Assembly (NCBI RefSeq): GCF_964204645.1
Contig: NC_134036.1
Span: forward strand, 3,906,001-3,970,000
DNA: 64,000 nt
From: Tubulanus polymorphus
Lineage: Eukaryota > Animalia > Nemertea
Reading direction: 5' to 3'
Positions 13,501-24,404 of the stretch are shown piece after piece; positions within the stretch are counted from its first letter, which is position 1, and the number at the start of each line of letters is the position of its first letter. A program made the position numbers and the translations under genes. The notes under the pieces are model-generated. The model was given only the letters and a program-made list of their open reading frames with translations. It was not told where the DNA came from and made no database searches.

Positions 13501-14978
13501 GGGGTTTGAAACGAACGAACGCCGCCCAGGGCAAAGGGTGTTGTTGTTCGTGGTTTTACTAGGCTATGTTTGTATTAAATTCATCTGCTCGCTATTTTTG
13601 TTTTTATGAAACATATTTGCCACTATTCGGGCGTTCATTAACGAACTTCTCAGTCTCAGTAACTTCTACGATTCAGTAAGATTATGATTAGTTACTAATG
13701 ACAACCTTCTCATTCTCAATAACTTCAACCATGCAGTAAGATTATGATTAGTTACTATTGACAACCTTATCATTCTCAATAACCTCAACCATTCAGTGAA
13801 ATTATGATTAGTTTCTACCTTCTCATTCTCCATAACTTCAACGATTCAGTAAAATTATGATTAGTTACTTACTAATAACAACCTTTTCATTCTCAATAAC
13901 TTCGAATTGCCACAAACTCATGAAACTACACCCGAGATTCTAGTATCTATCATTTACTTACCGTTATTGGCATTCGTGATTTGCTGGCTGGTTGTCTGTA
14001 TGATGTGAGTTGATGTTGATTGCGGTGTTGCTGTAGTTCGTACCGGTGTCGGATTCGTTGTTATCCATGTTGTCCCTGTTGATACTTCTGCCGTGGATCC
14101 TGTAGTCGATTCTTTTGTTGGATTTGTCGACGATTCTGAGGCTGGCGACGTATTTTGAGACGATTTGGAGACAGGCGATGTTTTTGTAGACGATTCTGAA
14201 ACAGGTGAAGTTTTCGTGGACGATTCCGCGGCTGACGATGTTTTTGTAGACGATTCTGAAACATGTAATGTTTTCGTAGACGATTCTGAACCAGGTGAAG
14301 TTTTCGTAGACGATTCTGAGGCTGACGATTTTTTCGTAGACGATTCTGAGGCTGGCGATGTATTTATAGACGATTCTGAAACATGTGATGTTTTCGTAGA
14401 CGATTCTGAAACAGGTGAAGTTTTCGTAGATGATTCTGCGGCTGACGAAGTTTTCGTAGACGATTCTGAGACCGGCGACGTATTTGTAGATGATTCCGAG
14501 ACAGTCGATAGTTCGGCCGACGCTTTCGATACCGACGTTGCTTCCGTCGTCGGTGATGTAGGCGATTCCGAAGATGTTGACGTCGACGTTAGGGCGCTCA
14601 TGCTTCCAGTCGGGACGGTCGTAGTTTTCGTCGCTGAACTCGAACCAGCAGTAGTAGCTGCTGTTGTTTCTACAGTGCCGGTACTGATCGTAGAACCCGT
14701 TACGGTAGGAGGCCTACTACTCGTTCGGGACGGCTCCGACGTCGTTCGTCGAGTTGATTTCGATACCGTTACCGCAGGCGCGTGTTCGGAAACGTTAGGT
14801 AATCGACTGAACGTCGTCGATTCCGAAGCGGTAGTGGCACGTGTAACGGTGCTAGTTGCTTCGCTCTTCGATGGAGGTGACGTTAAACTAGGCGTCGATA
14901 CGGACGTTTTTGTTATGCGTATCGACGGAGCTCGTTCCGATACCGGGGGCAAGGTCACAGTCGTCGTGTTCGCCATAT
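10586..14978 (-). CDS. Type-I transmembrane mucin-like protein, 5' end unresolved; complement(join(13962..14978,12279..12435,11936..12096,11030..11342,10586..10646))
   Basis: Ser/Thr-rich ~340-aa exon with 10-aa repeats; all junctions are GT/AG and phase-consistent (1,2,1,2). Next exon encodes a TM helix VALAAGGAVVVLMGLVFLALVCY followed by RRH. Cytoplasmic tail has several Tyr and ends ...KPDEYSFYHS*. Confidence 0.7.
11470..11720 (+). mobile_element. Degenerate RTE-like LINE 3' fragment inside a mucin intron
   Basis: Translates with stops/frameshifts to KLNWFGHFCHRHSL...QGRPK, matching the RTE C-terminal motif KLxWFGHxxR...GRPK. Confidence 0.5.
13645..13905. repeat. Tandem ~60-bp repeat, inverted copy of the family at 890-1165
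   Basis: Units of attatgattagttactaatgacaaccttctcattctcaataacttcaacgattcagtaa. Confidence 0.75.
14110..14500 (-). repeat. Coding minisatellite, 30-bp unit encoding SESSTKTSPV-like mucin repeats (~12-13 copies)
   Basis: gacgattctgaaacaggtgaagttttcgta-like units at 30-bp period. Confidence 0.85.
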
Positions 14979-16492
14979 CTAACCTTTACTTACCGCTATA
15001 GGTAAATGCTCTTTTATCACGATATTTTCATTTACTTCTATAACTATCTTGTGAAAGAAAAGCCAACGAGTCAATTCTGTATTTTTTGCATGATCCACCG
15101 TTTACCTTTTGTTGGAAACGCCAATGTCGCCCGAGTACACGGATTGAAGGCATCTATAGTACAGCTAAACGAACACTCGTATATTCCTTTAGCAACTGCC
15201 GCATGCTTGTCCATCCGGAGAATCTTCCGTACACACCCGTTTCACCGTCGATCCCACCAAATTAAAATCCGTTCCACGAATGGCCTGTAGCGTAAATCGC
15301 CTCCCCGTTCAAGGCGCGTCGGCGTTTGTAAGGTGATTCTACGTTGAAATGGCGCGAGGTGAAAAGATGTTCGGCAATTTATGCAGGAATCGAAGTCCTA
15401 TTAATCATAACTGCTTTAAGACAGTGTGTATTATTATTATTATTCTAACAAACTTCTACGTATTCACATCTCTCAGCGCCCTGTCGGAACCGTTACCTTA
15501 GACGTATTTGCAGTAAGAAAAAAACTGGTTTTGATAATGAACGAACGCTCTATTTGGACAAACTCACTTCTTTGATTACTGTGATTTTGGGATCATTTTT
15601 CACGCTGTCTGTGACAGTCGTTTCGGTTATTGTTTGTTCTTGGTGGCATTGATTGATTCGAAGGTCGGCCGTGCGTGTGGGAAAATATGGATTGTGTCGT
15701 TAGTTTTTCTCGGAGTTCGAACCTAACCGCTTCGAGCCTCGTAATTACCCGATTACCTCCTTAGCGAATATTTTCGATTTCCACATTTCGGTTATAAAGG
15801 AAACATCTTGATCCTCTCGCACAGAGCTATAATATTGAACATCGGTAACGAAAATTAGTTGAACCGACGTTTCGGTTAGGATGCCTCCTACCTCTATCCA
15901 TATTCAGAGATTTGTTTGGAAAATAACTCCAGGACTTTTATACACACTTCGTAGACTCGTGCAACTATTCTTCAACGTTTCTCGGATATGACTCTCGATC
16001 AACTCTCGGGCGTGGAAAAATCCATTTTCATATATCTTTTATATCAAAAAAGAAATACAAAAAAAATTCAGCAGGTATTCGTAGCTTTATTTTCAAAGTT
16101 TTAGAGTTCCTTGTATATACTTTGTTCACAGCATCATCATCATCATCATCAATTTCACAGAACCAAAAATATTATGCTTCAAGTTACAATTAGAAATCGT
16201 GTTCGTCATTCAGCCCAGATCTCGGCTTTCTAGAAGTTTTACTCGTTGGATTCGAATTCAAATTCATTTATTGTTGATATGTGTACGTAACTGTGGTTTA
16301 TTTTTGCGCTGATTTCGAAGTTAATAGATTATATCAAAAATATGCTTTATGAGCTGCGCGTGAGTCGCGATTCAGAATGAATTACTCATGCTATACAATG
16401 TCGGATCAATGTAGTTCTTGTCGGGTGTGTCATTTTAAGACATATAGAATTAATCATTCTTCCAAGAACGGACTCGTGTGACTGTTCGACCT

Positions 16493-19063
16493 CTATTCTC
16501 CGATAACCCATTTGAATAACGTTTTGATCTCACGAAAACCCCTGAAAAATAAAACGGGAATAGATTGTGGAATCGAATAGCTTTCGATTCGTTGAGAACT
16601 ATTGCTACAGCTGTGAGAGAAGGGGGTTTACCTGGAACCTTTTAGCGTCTGTTCTTGGAGTAATTCAGTCTGATTACTCCAAGGTCTGTTCCACTCGCTG
16701 CTCTCCCGCTACAGCTGTGAGGAGAGGGGCTTCACCGAGAACCTATTGCGGCTGTTCTACTCGCTGCTCTCTCGCTACAGCTGCGAGGAGAGGGGGTTCA
16801 GCGAGAACCTATTGCGGCTGTTCTACTCGCTGCTCTCCCGCTACAGCTGTGAGGAGAGGGAGTTCAGCGAGAACCTATTGCGGCTGTTCTACTCGCCGCT
16901 CTCCCGCTACAGCTGTGAGGAGAGGGGGTTCACCGAGAACCTATTGTGTCTGTTCTACTCGCCGCTCTCCCGCTACAGTGTGAGGAGAGGGGGTTCACCG
17001 AGAACCTATTGCGGCTGTTCTACTCGCCGCTCTCCCGCTACAGTGTGAGGAGAGGGGGTTCACCGAGAACCTATTGCGTCTGTTCTACTCGCCGCTCTCC
17101 CGCTACAGCTGTGAGGAGAGGGGGTTCACCGAGAACCTATTGTGTCTGTTCTACTCGCTGCTCTCCCGCTACAGCTGTGAGGAGAGGGGGTTCACCGAGA
17201 ACCTATTGTGTCTGTTCTAATCGCTGCTCTCCCGCTACAGCTGTGAGGAGAGCGGGTTCACCGAGAACCTATTGTCTCAGTTCTACTCGCTGCTCTCCCG
17301 CTACAGCTGTGAGGAGAGGGGGTTCACCGATAACCTATTGCGACTGTTCTACTCGCTGCTCTCCCGCTACAGCTGTGAGGAGAGAGGGTTCACCGAGAAC
17401 CTATTGTGTCTGTCCTACTCGCTGCTCTCCGCTACAGCTGTGGGAGGGATTCATATTTGAACTTGCTGTTCATACTTACTTTTTTGTCGCACTGCACTTA
17501 TTCATGTTCTTCGAATTGTAATTATGTTTGTGTCTTTTGAGGCACAGGGTAAGCGCTCGATCACAGCGGCACACGCCATGTTTACACTTGGCGTCAGGAT
17601 CCGTAGCGTCGTAAGCGTGCACCGGAGCTGAAAACAAAAACCAATACAAAACTGATCGAAACAAATAAGAAACAAAACGGAATGTACAATGTACATTGCC
17701 TTGGCTGTTTCCTAAATCTTTTTACCCAGTATCAAATCTTACTGACTCGGGAATCGCCCTGTCTGCGTAGGTAGTCTAAACGAATTTCTAATAATTCTCC
17801 ATGAAGAACTTCCGTTATTCGCGTTATCGACTTCGGTTTACAAAAACTGCAATATCCCACAACGAACGACTATTCATGCAAAAATACTAGAAATATTTCC
17901 GGTGATTCCTACCATCCTTCTTCAGTCCAAAATGGGAAGTAACCACCCAATATATTTCTAGTATTTTGACGAAGTTTTTAGTTTTTCGACAAATGCGTGA
18001 ATTAGTTACATTTTTGTTTTTGTAAACCAAGATTCGAGAATGTGAATCATCGGATTCGACGACCAAAGGGCTACTCACCGCAACTCGTACACTTCCCGCC
18101 CATTTTATAGTTCAAGAAATACGTGTCCCAACTTTCCCGGCAACTTCCTCCGTTCGCCGTCACTTTACCGTAACAATTGTCGTGGTTTTGGCAACACCTG
18201 GAAATGCGAGAAAATGGCAATTCGGTCGTATTAGATTCACGGGAGATAGGAAACTGATGTTATTGATCAAAATGGCAGTTGATTGAATTGAAGACATTTC
18301 TTCTTGCTCTTAGACATCTCTGCATTGGTGCATGTGTTTCCCTTTCATAGCACACGCAATCGAGACATACGCTCGATATCTAGCTCTTGAATGTGGATAC
18401 GGGAAACGGCGCCTCCGCACTAGCGCGCCTGGTGGATCCTCGATTGCCGCAGTAGCATTCTTGGATTGACGTTTCTTCTTACTAGCGCATCTAACGGCCC
18501 TCAGTCACTCGCCACAGTATAGCATCGCCTTTTTCACCGTGCGTACAGCGAATATTTCAAAAATTAGAACTCTTTTTCGTCGGGGAATATTGAGGAATGA
18601 ATTTTGGATTGCAGCAGTTTTTGTTATATTTTTATTCGCTTTTACGGAAGTTACCACCGCTAGCACACTCCCTATGAATGTTTGGGCATTTAAATGACTG
18701 TAAGATCTCCAGAGCGTGCTGATGCAGTGGGATCAGTCCAATTTGACTAGTTTGCCATCTAGCGGAATTTTAGGTCAGTAGATCGCTCCCTCGTTCGTAG
18801 GCATTGGCGTATCCTATCGGGACCGCCACAATCACTTACTTGTCAATAGCGTCCACTGGTTCGCCGCCGCAGTTGCCCAGGCCGCAATAGCGACCGTAAC
18901 CGTTGTAGTCGGTGGCGTCGTGACCGGTGTGTACGCACTCGAGCATTTCCAACAGCTGCAAACTGTTACCGAGACACTGATTCACCAGTAAACTGAACAT
19001 CATCATCATCATCGCCATCGCCGTTGCTAGGCCATATGCCCGACAACGACGATTCGTTGCCAT
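16493..19063 (-). CDS. Secreted phospholipase A2 (group I/II-like fold); complement(join(18840..19063,18079..18197,17480..17627,16493..16541)), ~179 aa
   Basis: Signal peptide; Ca-loop YGRYCGLG; catalytic DKCCQNHDNCY assembled across the exon1/2 junction; CRCDRALTLC (second catalytic Asp motif); 14 Cys in the mature chain; GT/AG junctions sum to 540 nt. Probable 5'UTR exon donor near 20778 and AATAAA near 16086-16091. Confidence 0.9.
16680..17445. repeat. GC-rich 66-bp minisatellite (~11-12 copies) in the last PLA2 intron
   Basis: Unit ccgagaacctattgtgtctgttctactcgctgctctcccgctacagctgtgaggagagggggttca; a 2-bp-deleted variant occurs in two adjacent units. Confidence 0.95.
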
Positions 19064-20222
19064 CGAAATGAAGCGTCGCTGCCTTTGAGATCTGTTTTAC
19101 TGGAAATAGATTTGAAAATAAACTGCATCAAATGTATATATTATATATGTCAAGCTACCCAAGAAGAAATGGCTTCTTCCCTGAAATCTCCTTATATCAT
19201 CATGCCCATTATTATCATAATCAATAAGATGGGATACCCTTCCTGAGAAGACAACCGCGTTCAAAAATTCCCTATGACATCATCGTTACCGACGTGGTGA
19301 TATAGAACCTTTAATAAAGAATGGCTACGACCTCCGTATAGGTCACCTGATATTTTGTTGACGTTTCTGCAAAATCCGTTAGAAAATATCTTTATACATT
19401 GCTAACTTCTAAGCGTTACTTGAGTGTTAGCGTGTGAGTTGGTGTGCTCTACGTCATCATTATTGGCGTTTCAAAATTTGTAACGAATGTTGGCATTTAG
19501 TTTGTAGCGAAGTAAATTTCATGAATTTTCGTGTATTTTCGTAAAGAATTTTTAAGTGCAGTTAGGATATCGTGTGACTGGATGTGTAATACGTCAGCAA
19601 TATTGAGGCTAAGACTGGTTGCCGGTCAATTCAATTCGATTATTGATATATATCGACGATATTGAGCAATATGTGAGTGTAATTATTGAAGGCATCGATG
19701 ACCTATCAAATTAGTTTTCTGGCTCTTATTTGTTCGCGAAATTAGAACCCATTAGAAAATTTCCCATCATTAGATAGATTATTGCTGTGATTCGGAGAAA
19801 AAATGACAATCCCGGCCAATCATCGAATCAACTTAATCAACTTAACGGAATCAACAAAAAATGGAATACCTAATGTTAAATAACTGAGCGATCGCTCGAA
19901 CATCCCCGTCAAAAATAGAACCCATAACCCGGCGATGCTCCCTACCTTCAACAACGATAGACTGAGGAGATGGAATTCTGTCCGCGTAGATACGCTGAAA
20001 GCGTTTGACACTGTCGCTGTTATAAATGGCGCATCGCGAACGACTTTATCATGCATAACGTACGTACATAGAATGTGTTTTAGCCACCTGTTACACCCCC
20101 ACAGGCCTAGCATACGTCACCATGTCACGTCGCTTAATTACTAATAGCTAGGATTAACCTTTTAAACACCGAATAAATATCTTGTATATACATTATAGTT
20201 GTACGTTAAATCAAAGGTTGAA

Positions 20223-20370
<148 letters not shown>

Positions 20371-21049
20371 GTACGGTTGAATACAACGTTTATTGAATAG
20401 AAAAGGATTTACGTTTCCGAAAGTGAAATATGTTTCCAAATCGCATAACTCAAATCGTGGTTTGCATAGGTTTCGTGTAGCTTGTTCGAACTTAAGATAT
20501 CTATAGAGATTAAGTAAAATGGTGTTGATTAAACTCAGCAATTTCACCCGCGATTCGACGCCGTTTTTCGCAACCCAGCATAAAATCGAATTTGGTTATA
20601 AGTGCAAAAACTAACTAATCAGAGGGTATATTATGAAAGGTTCCGGCACTACTGTTACAGTCAACGACTCCAAATATGAAAATAAAGCTCCTTTTTGCCA
20701 CCAATTCGGCCGGTTTGAATCACCCCTGAATTAAGCATACATAATCTAGACCGAATCTCAATCCGCAGCCTAACTTACCGAATATTCGAATTTAACAAAC
20801 CTTTGAAAATCACAGTTGCAACAGCATGGATACTATTATCAACGCAATATGTTTTTTTTTTGCGCTGGAAATTTTTTATAAGCTGAATTAACCTGACAAT
20901 AACCGGCTTGATCAGTTGCTGAACAAGCCTCGATGCACTCCCTGAGTTTGTGTATGGTTAGAGAGCTGTGTTTTTAAATATTTCGAACAATAATGTTGTT
21001 CATTGATAAAAGATCTATCTGTTTTGATAACGTTTATGACAAACAGTTC

Positions 21050-22160
21050 ATATGATCGACACAGCTGTATTCATACCCGTGGTACGCTACAGATCCAATC
21101 CCTGCTCAAACATCCCGCGTATATACAATGCAGCTATTGATCCTCTGCTTGGACCCTGGCATCCTTTAAGACACAACCATCCTTCCAGATTCTGGAAGGC
21201 CAAGATATCGTATCTAATGCAAGACTTCATCTGAGACATTGCTAATCGAAAATGAACTACAAACACCAGACATCAGACATTTATCAGCACACTTTCACAA
21301 ACTGATCGCCCACACTTCACATGTGTCCATAACTTCACCTGAGACATTTCTAATCGAAAATGAACTACTTACACCAGACAGTAGACATTTTATCAGCTCA
21401 CTTTCAAGGAATCGATCGTCCACGCTTCACATGTGTTCAGACAGTGACATTACTGATTGAAAAAGGAATTGAAAAATGATCGATATACACCAGATATTTC
21501 AAAAAGGTGATCGTCTGAAGGGGTTGTTCCAGACTGTAGATTGATATAGTAGCTATTGTTTTGGAAATCCATAGAGATATTATAACGTACTTAAAAAACC
21601 TATGTAAATATACATACATCGACTAAGCATAATGCATATATACATATATATGGTTCTCCAGAACTGAATGTCGCTTTCTAGTAACAAAAAGTCAAATCAA
21701 ATCAAAAAAATCTACTCATATTTTTAGTCACCACGACGCATTATGCTACATACACTGTCTACGTGAAACAGTGAGGTGTTCGTCCTATCGCCATCAGGTC
21801 TCAAATGCTTCAAGATACCGACTCGTTTATAGATGTACAAACCTGGCTTATCATCCTTGATCTCGGTGACATTTACATCAGCGGTTGCAGCTGCAGTCGG
21901 GTACGGATGCTGGAGCTGAGAGAAGGCTGTCCGGTGGTGATAACAAGGCGCCCACGCTGGAGGCGGTGTTCAACACGCCGCCCACGACTCACAAGGTGAC
22001 GGGTAATTACGAGGTCGGGTATGACGCCATCGTTTCTCTCTGCGTGGCTGTGATGCTGCTGCTGCTGCTGCAATCCGTATCGATCGAGGAGACTGCTTTT
22101 TCCCGAGCGTACTGTCGCTGCAACGCGCGACATTTCCATATAGATCGAGGTTCTTCTTAA
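21050..22160 (+). pseudogene. Possible decayed MFS/monocarboxylate-transporter-like fragments
   Basis: GC-richer segments translate with stops/frameshifts to SLLKHPAYI and HKVTGNYEVGYDAIVSLCVAVMLLLLL, resembling SLC16-type 'LLKxPxF' and C-terminal 'DxTGxYxxGF'-TM12 regions; no intact model found. Confidence 0.25.
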
Positions 22161-23810
22161 CGGGATCTCTACATATTATATCAGTCATTCCTGGATATAA
22201 GGAGTTTTTGAAGGGGAAAATTTCAAATTTCGCGGAAGCGTCTGCAACACTTTCATATCACAATTTACCTTTAGACTCCGTGTCCGAAATCGATACTTTT
22301 ACCTCTGTAACCGTTAATTTGGTGGTTTTATAAGCTAATTTCTACCCTAAATACTATTTAAACCTTCAATCGATCGATTTTTTATTCGGTAACCGCCCAA
22401 ATTGGTAAAAAAAATTCCTGGTCCTAAGTGTACCGATTATTTAGGCGTCTAGTCTATTGTACAATGAAATAGATAATTATAATTGCCTATTTCTCAAAAT
22501 TGAAGGAGTTCGGACATTTCGCTCAAATAAAGGGAGATCCATGCACTTTGTGAAAAACATTTTCCGCGTTTTTTAAGGAATCAAGGAGTCGTCGAGAGCC
22601 TGCTCGTTTCAATTCGTAGCCTCAAGCCACTGTTTGTAAACTATTTTGATATTTCATTTTCAATTGAAAATATAGTTGAAAAGGTGAAGAAGTCGTGAAC
22701 ACTTGTAATTAAAGTGTGGGTGATCTCTTTTTAAAAGTTTGCTGGTAAAATGTCTAATGAAGTTTATGCACTTTCAATTGAAAATGACTCAGGTGAAGTC
22801 CTGAACACACGTCAAGTGTGGACGATCGATCAGTTTTTGAAAGTGCGCTGATGATAAAATCAATCAAAAATGTCTCAGGTGAAGCAATGAACAAATGAAG
22901 CGTGGATGATCAGAAATTGGAAATAAATCAGTTTGTGAAATCGCTAAAAATCTTTGCACTACCGGTATCTATTTAACTATATATATATAAATTTGTTTTT
23001 TGGACGACACATCTTCTTTGGTACTAAATAACCTTGGGAAGGTTTTTAGCATAGTTTAAAATGTGAAATGATTGCGAGGAGGCGTTAAATCCATTAAAAG
23101 AAAATCATAGTAAAATGAAATGGACAAACATCAACCATTCGTATTACTACCGATTGGAAGGTGTCTCCCTCAGTGAGGAAATCAGTGAACTATACCATTT
23201 TAACAGTTTTGGGAGATTCTCCCTGTTAGGACATTCATGAACTACATTGGTGTTTATTCTTGTCACTATCATTGACGTGTAACGCTGATATGTTTATGTC
23301 TCAACATCAACCAACCCCCTCGTCAAAGACGATTATCCTGCAAGTGCAACGATAAAATCCGAATTTCTCCTTTGTCCATAACAATTTCATCTGCCAAGAA
23401 ATTCAACGCTTTTCATTAACGTTCAAATAATCGTCAGCTAATCTTTATTTTCAACAACATCGTTATTTTTTCCCGTTAAGTCCCGCGGGTACAAATAATA
23501 GCAAATTATTCCTTTACGACGAATACGATAATTATACATGTACATATTTACAAAAAACAAAATATCAATATACATATCGTTCATTAAACTCATAAGTCCC
23601 ACGGTTGTAAATTTACTAAAAAGTTTACGAAAATAAAGCTGGATTCGTAGTGTGTCCATGACCAATCTCGTTTAATGACTTTCGACGACTTTTTTTCTGA
23701 TTCCAGGACTTAACATATTCGTCATGATTTAGCCAGGGATCCTGAAAGCTACGTTTGAAATATTTCCATATTATAATAAACTTTTTAGTCAATTGTGGAA
23801 CTTATGATTA

Positions 23811-24265
23811 CAGTAAAATCCGCTTAATTCTGATAATTTTGGACCAACGAAATTTTTCCGGTTTAAGGGAAATCCGAATTAAAAGTCTTATTTCTCGTAT
23901 ATTGACGAACAATTGGACTGCAAATAATGTCCAGATTCGACCAAAATCCGGATTAACCCTTTCAGTGCTGACTAATCAATACCCTATAGTGCTGGAGATA
24001 ATTTGAAAATTTTGAAAAATTCCGCCCTAGTGTGTTGAATAACGGGAATACCACTATAGTGCGTCTACACCGCGGCGCAGTGTATCGTTAGTAACTAATA
24101 TTTCACTATGTTCGACATCTTTCAATAGAGATTAAAACTAATTACTAATTACACCAATACACCACAGTGCGGTGTACTAGCAAAATCCATCACCGATTCA
24201 TACACCGCACTGCGGTTAATACGCACTGAAAGGGTTAAGCCGACCCGGATTAAGCGGGTTGACCG
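23811..24265. mobile_element. Tc1/mariner-like MITE with TA target duplication, interrupted by a second MITE
   Basis: TA|cagtaaaatccgcttaatt ... ggattaagcgggttgaccg|TA imperfect TIRs; a related left end (tacagtgaagcccgctt) occurs upstream of each array gene (~35517, ~46758, ~57776). Confidence 0.6.
23957..24234. mobile_element. piggyBac-like MITE (TTAA TSD, CCC...GGG termini)
   Basis: TTAA|ccctttcagtgc ... gcactgaaaggg|TTAA perfect 12-bp TIRs; degenerate second copy at ~26113-26365 in a VPS37 intron. Confidence 0.8.
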
Positions 24266-24404
24266 TAATACATCTCACGAATATTCGTGATTTCAAGCGA
24301 CATATCGTTAGTACCCAAGAATGACTCGATCAGTCACGATCATCCATTTGACTCTTCGAAATGCTACAATCATCCGGGATAGAGAACCACTCTTTCCTAT
24401 ATCG

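Noticed and set aside
14165-15001. 278-aa acidic/Val-rich plus-strand ORF
   Set aside because: Antisense shadow of the mucin exon, which has the splice sites and a downstream TM exon
16567-17521. Cys-rich repetitive ORFs (CSTRCSPATAVRRGGSPRTYC) and CRISPR-like appearance
   Set aside because: Contiguous 66-bp tandem units with no unique spacers and no cas genes, in a eukaryotic intron; the ORFs are by-products of the repeat and lack true starts
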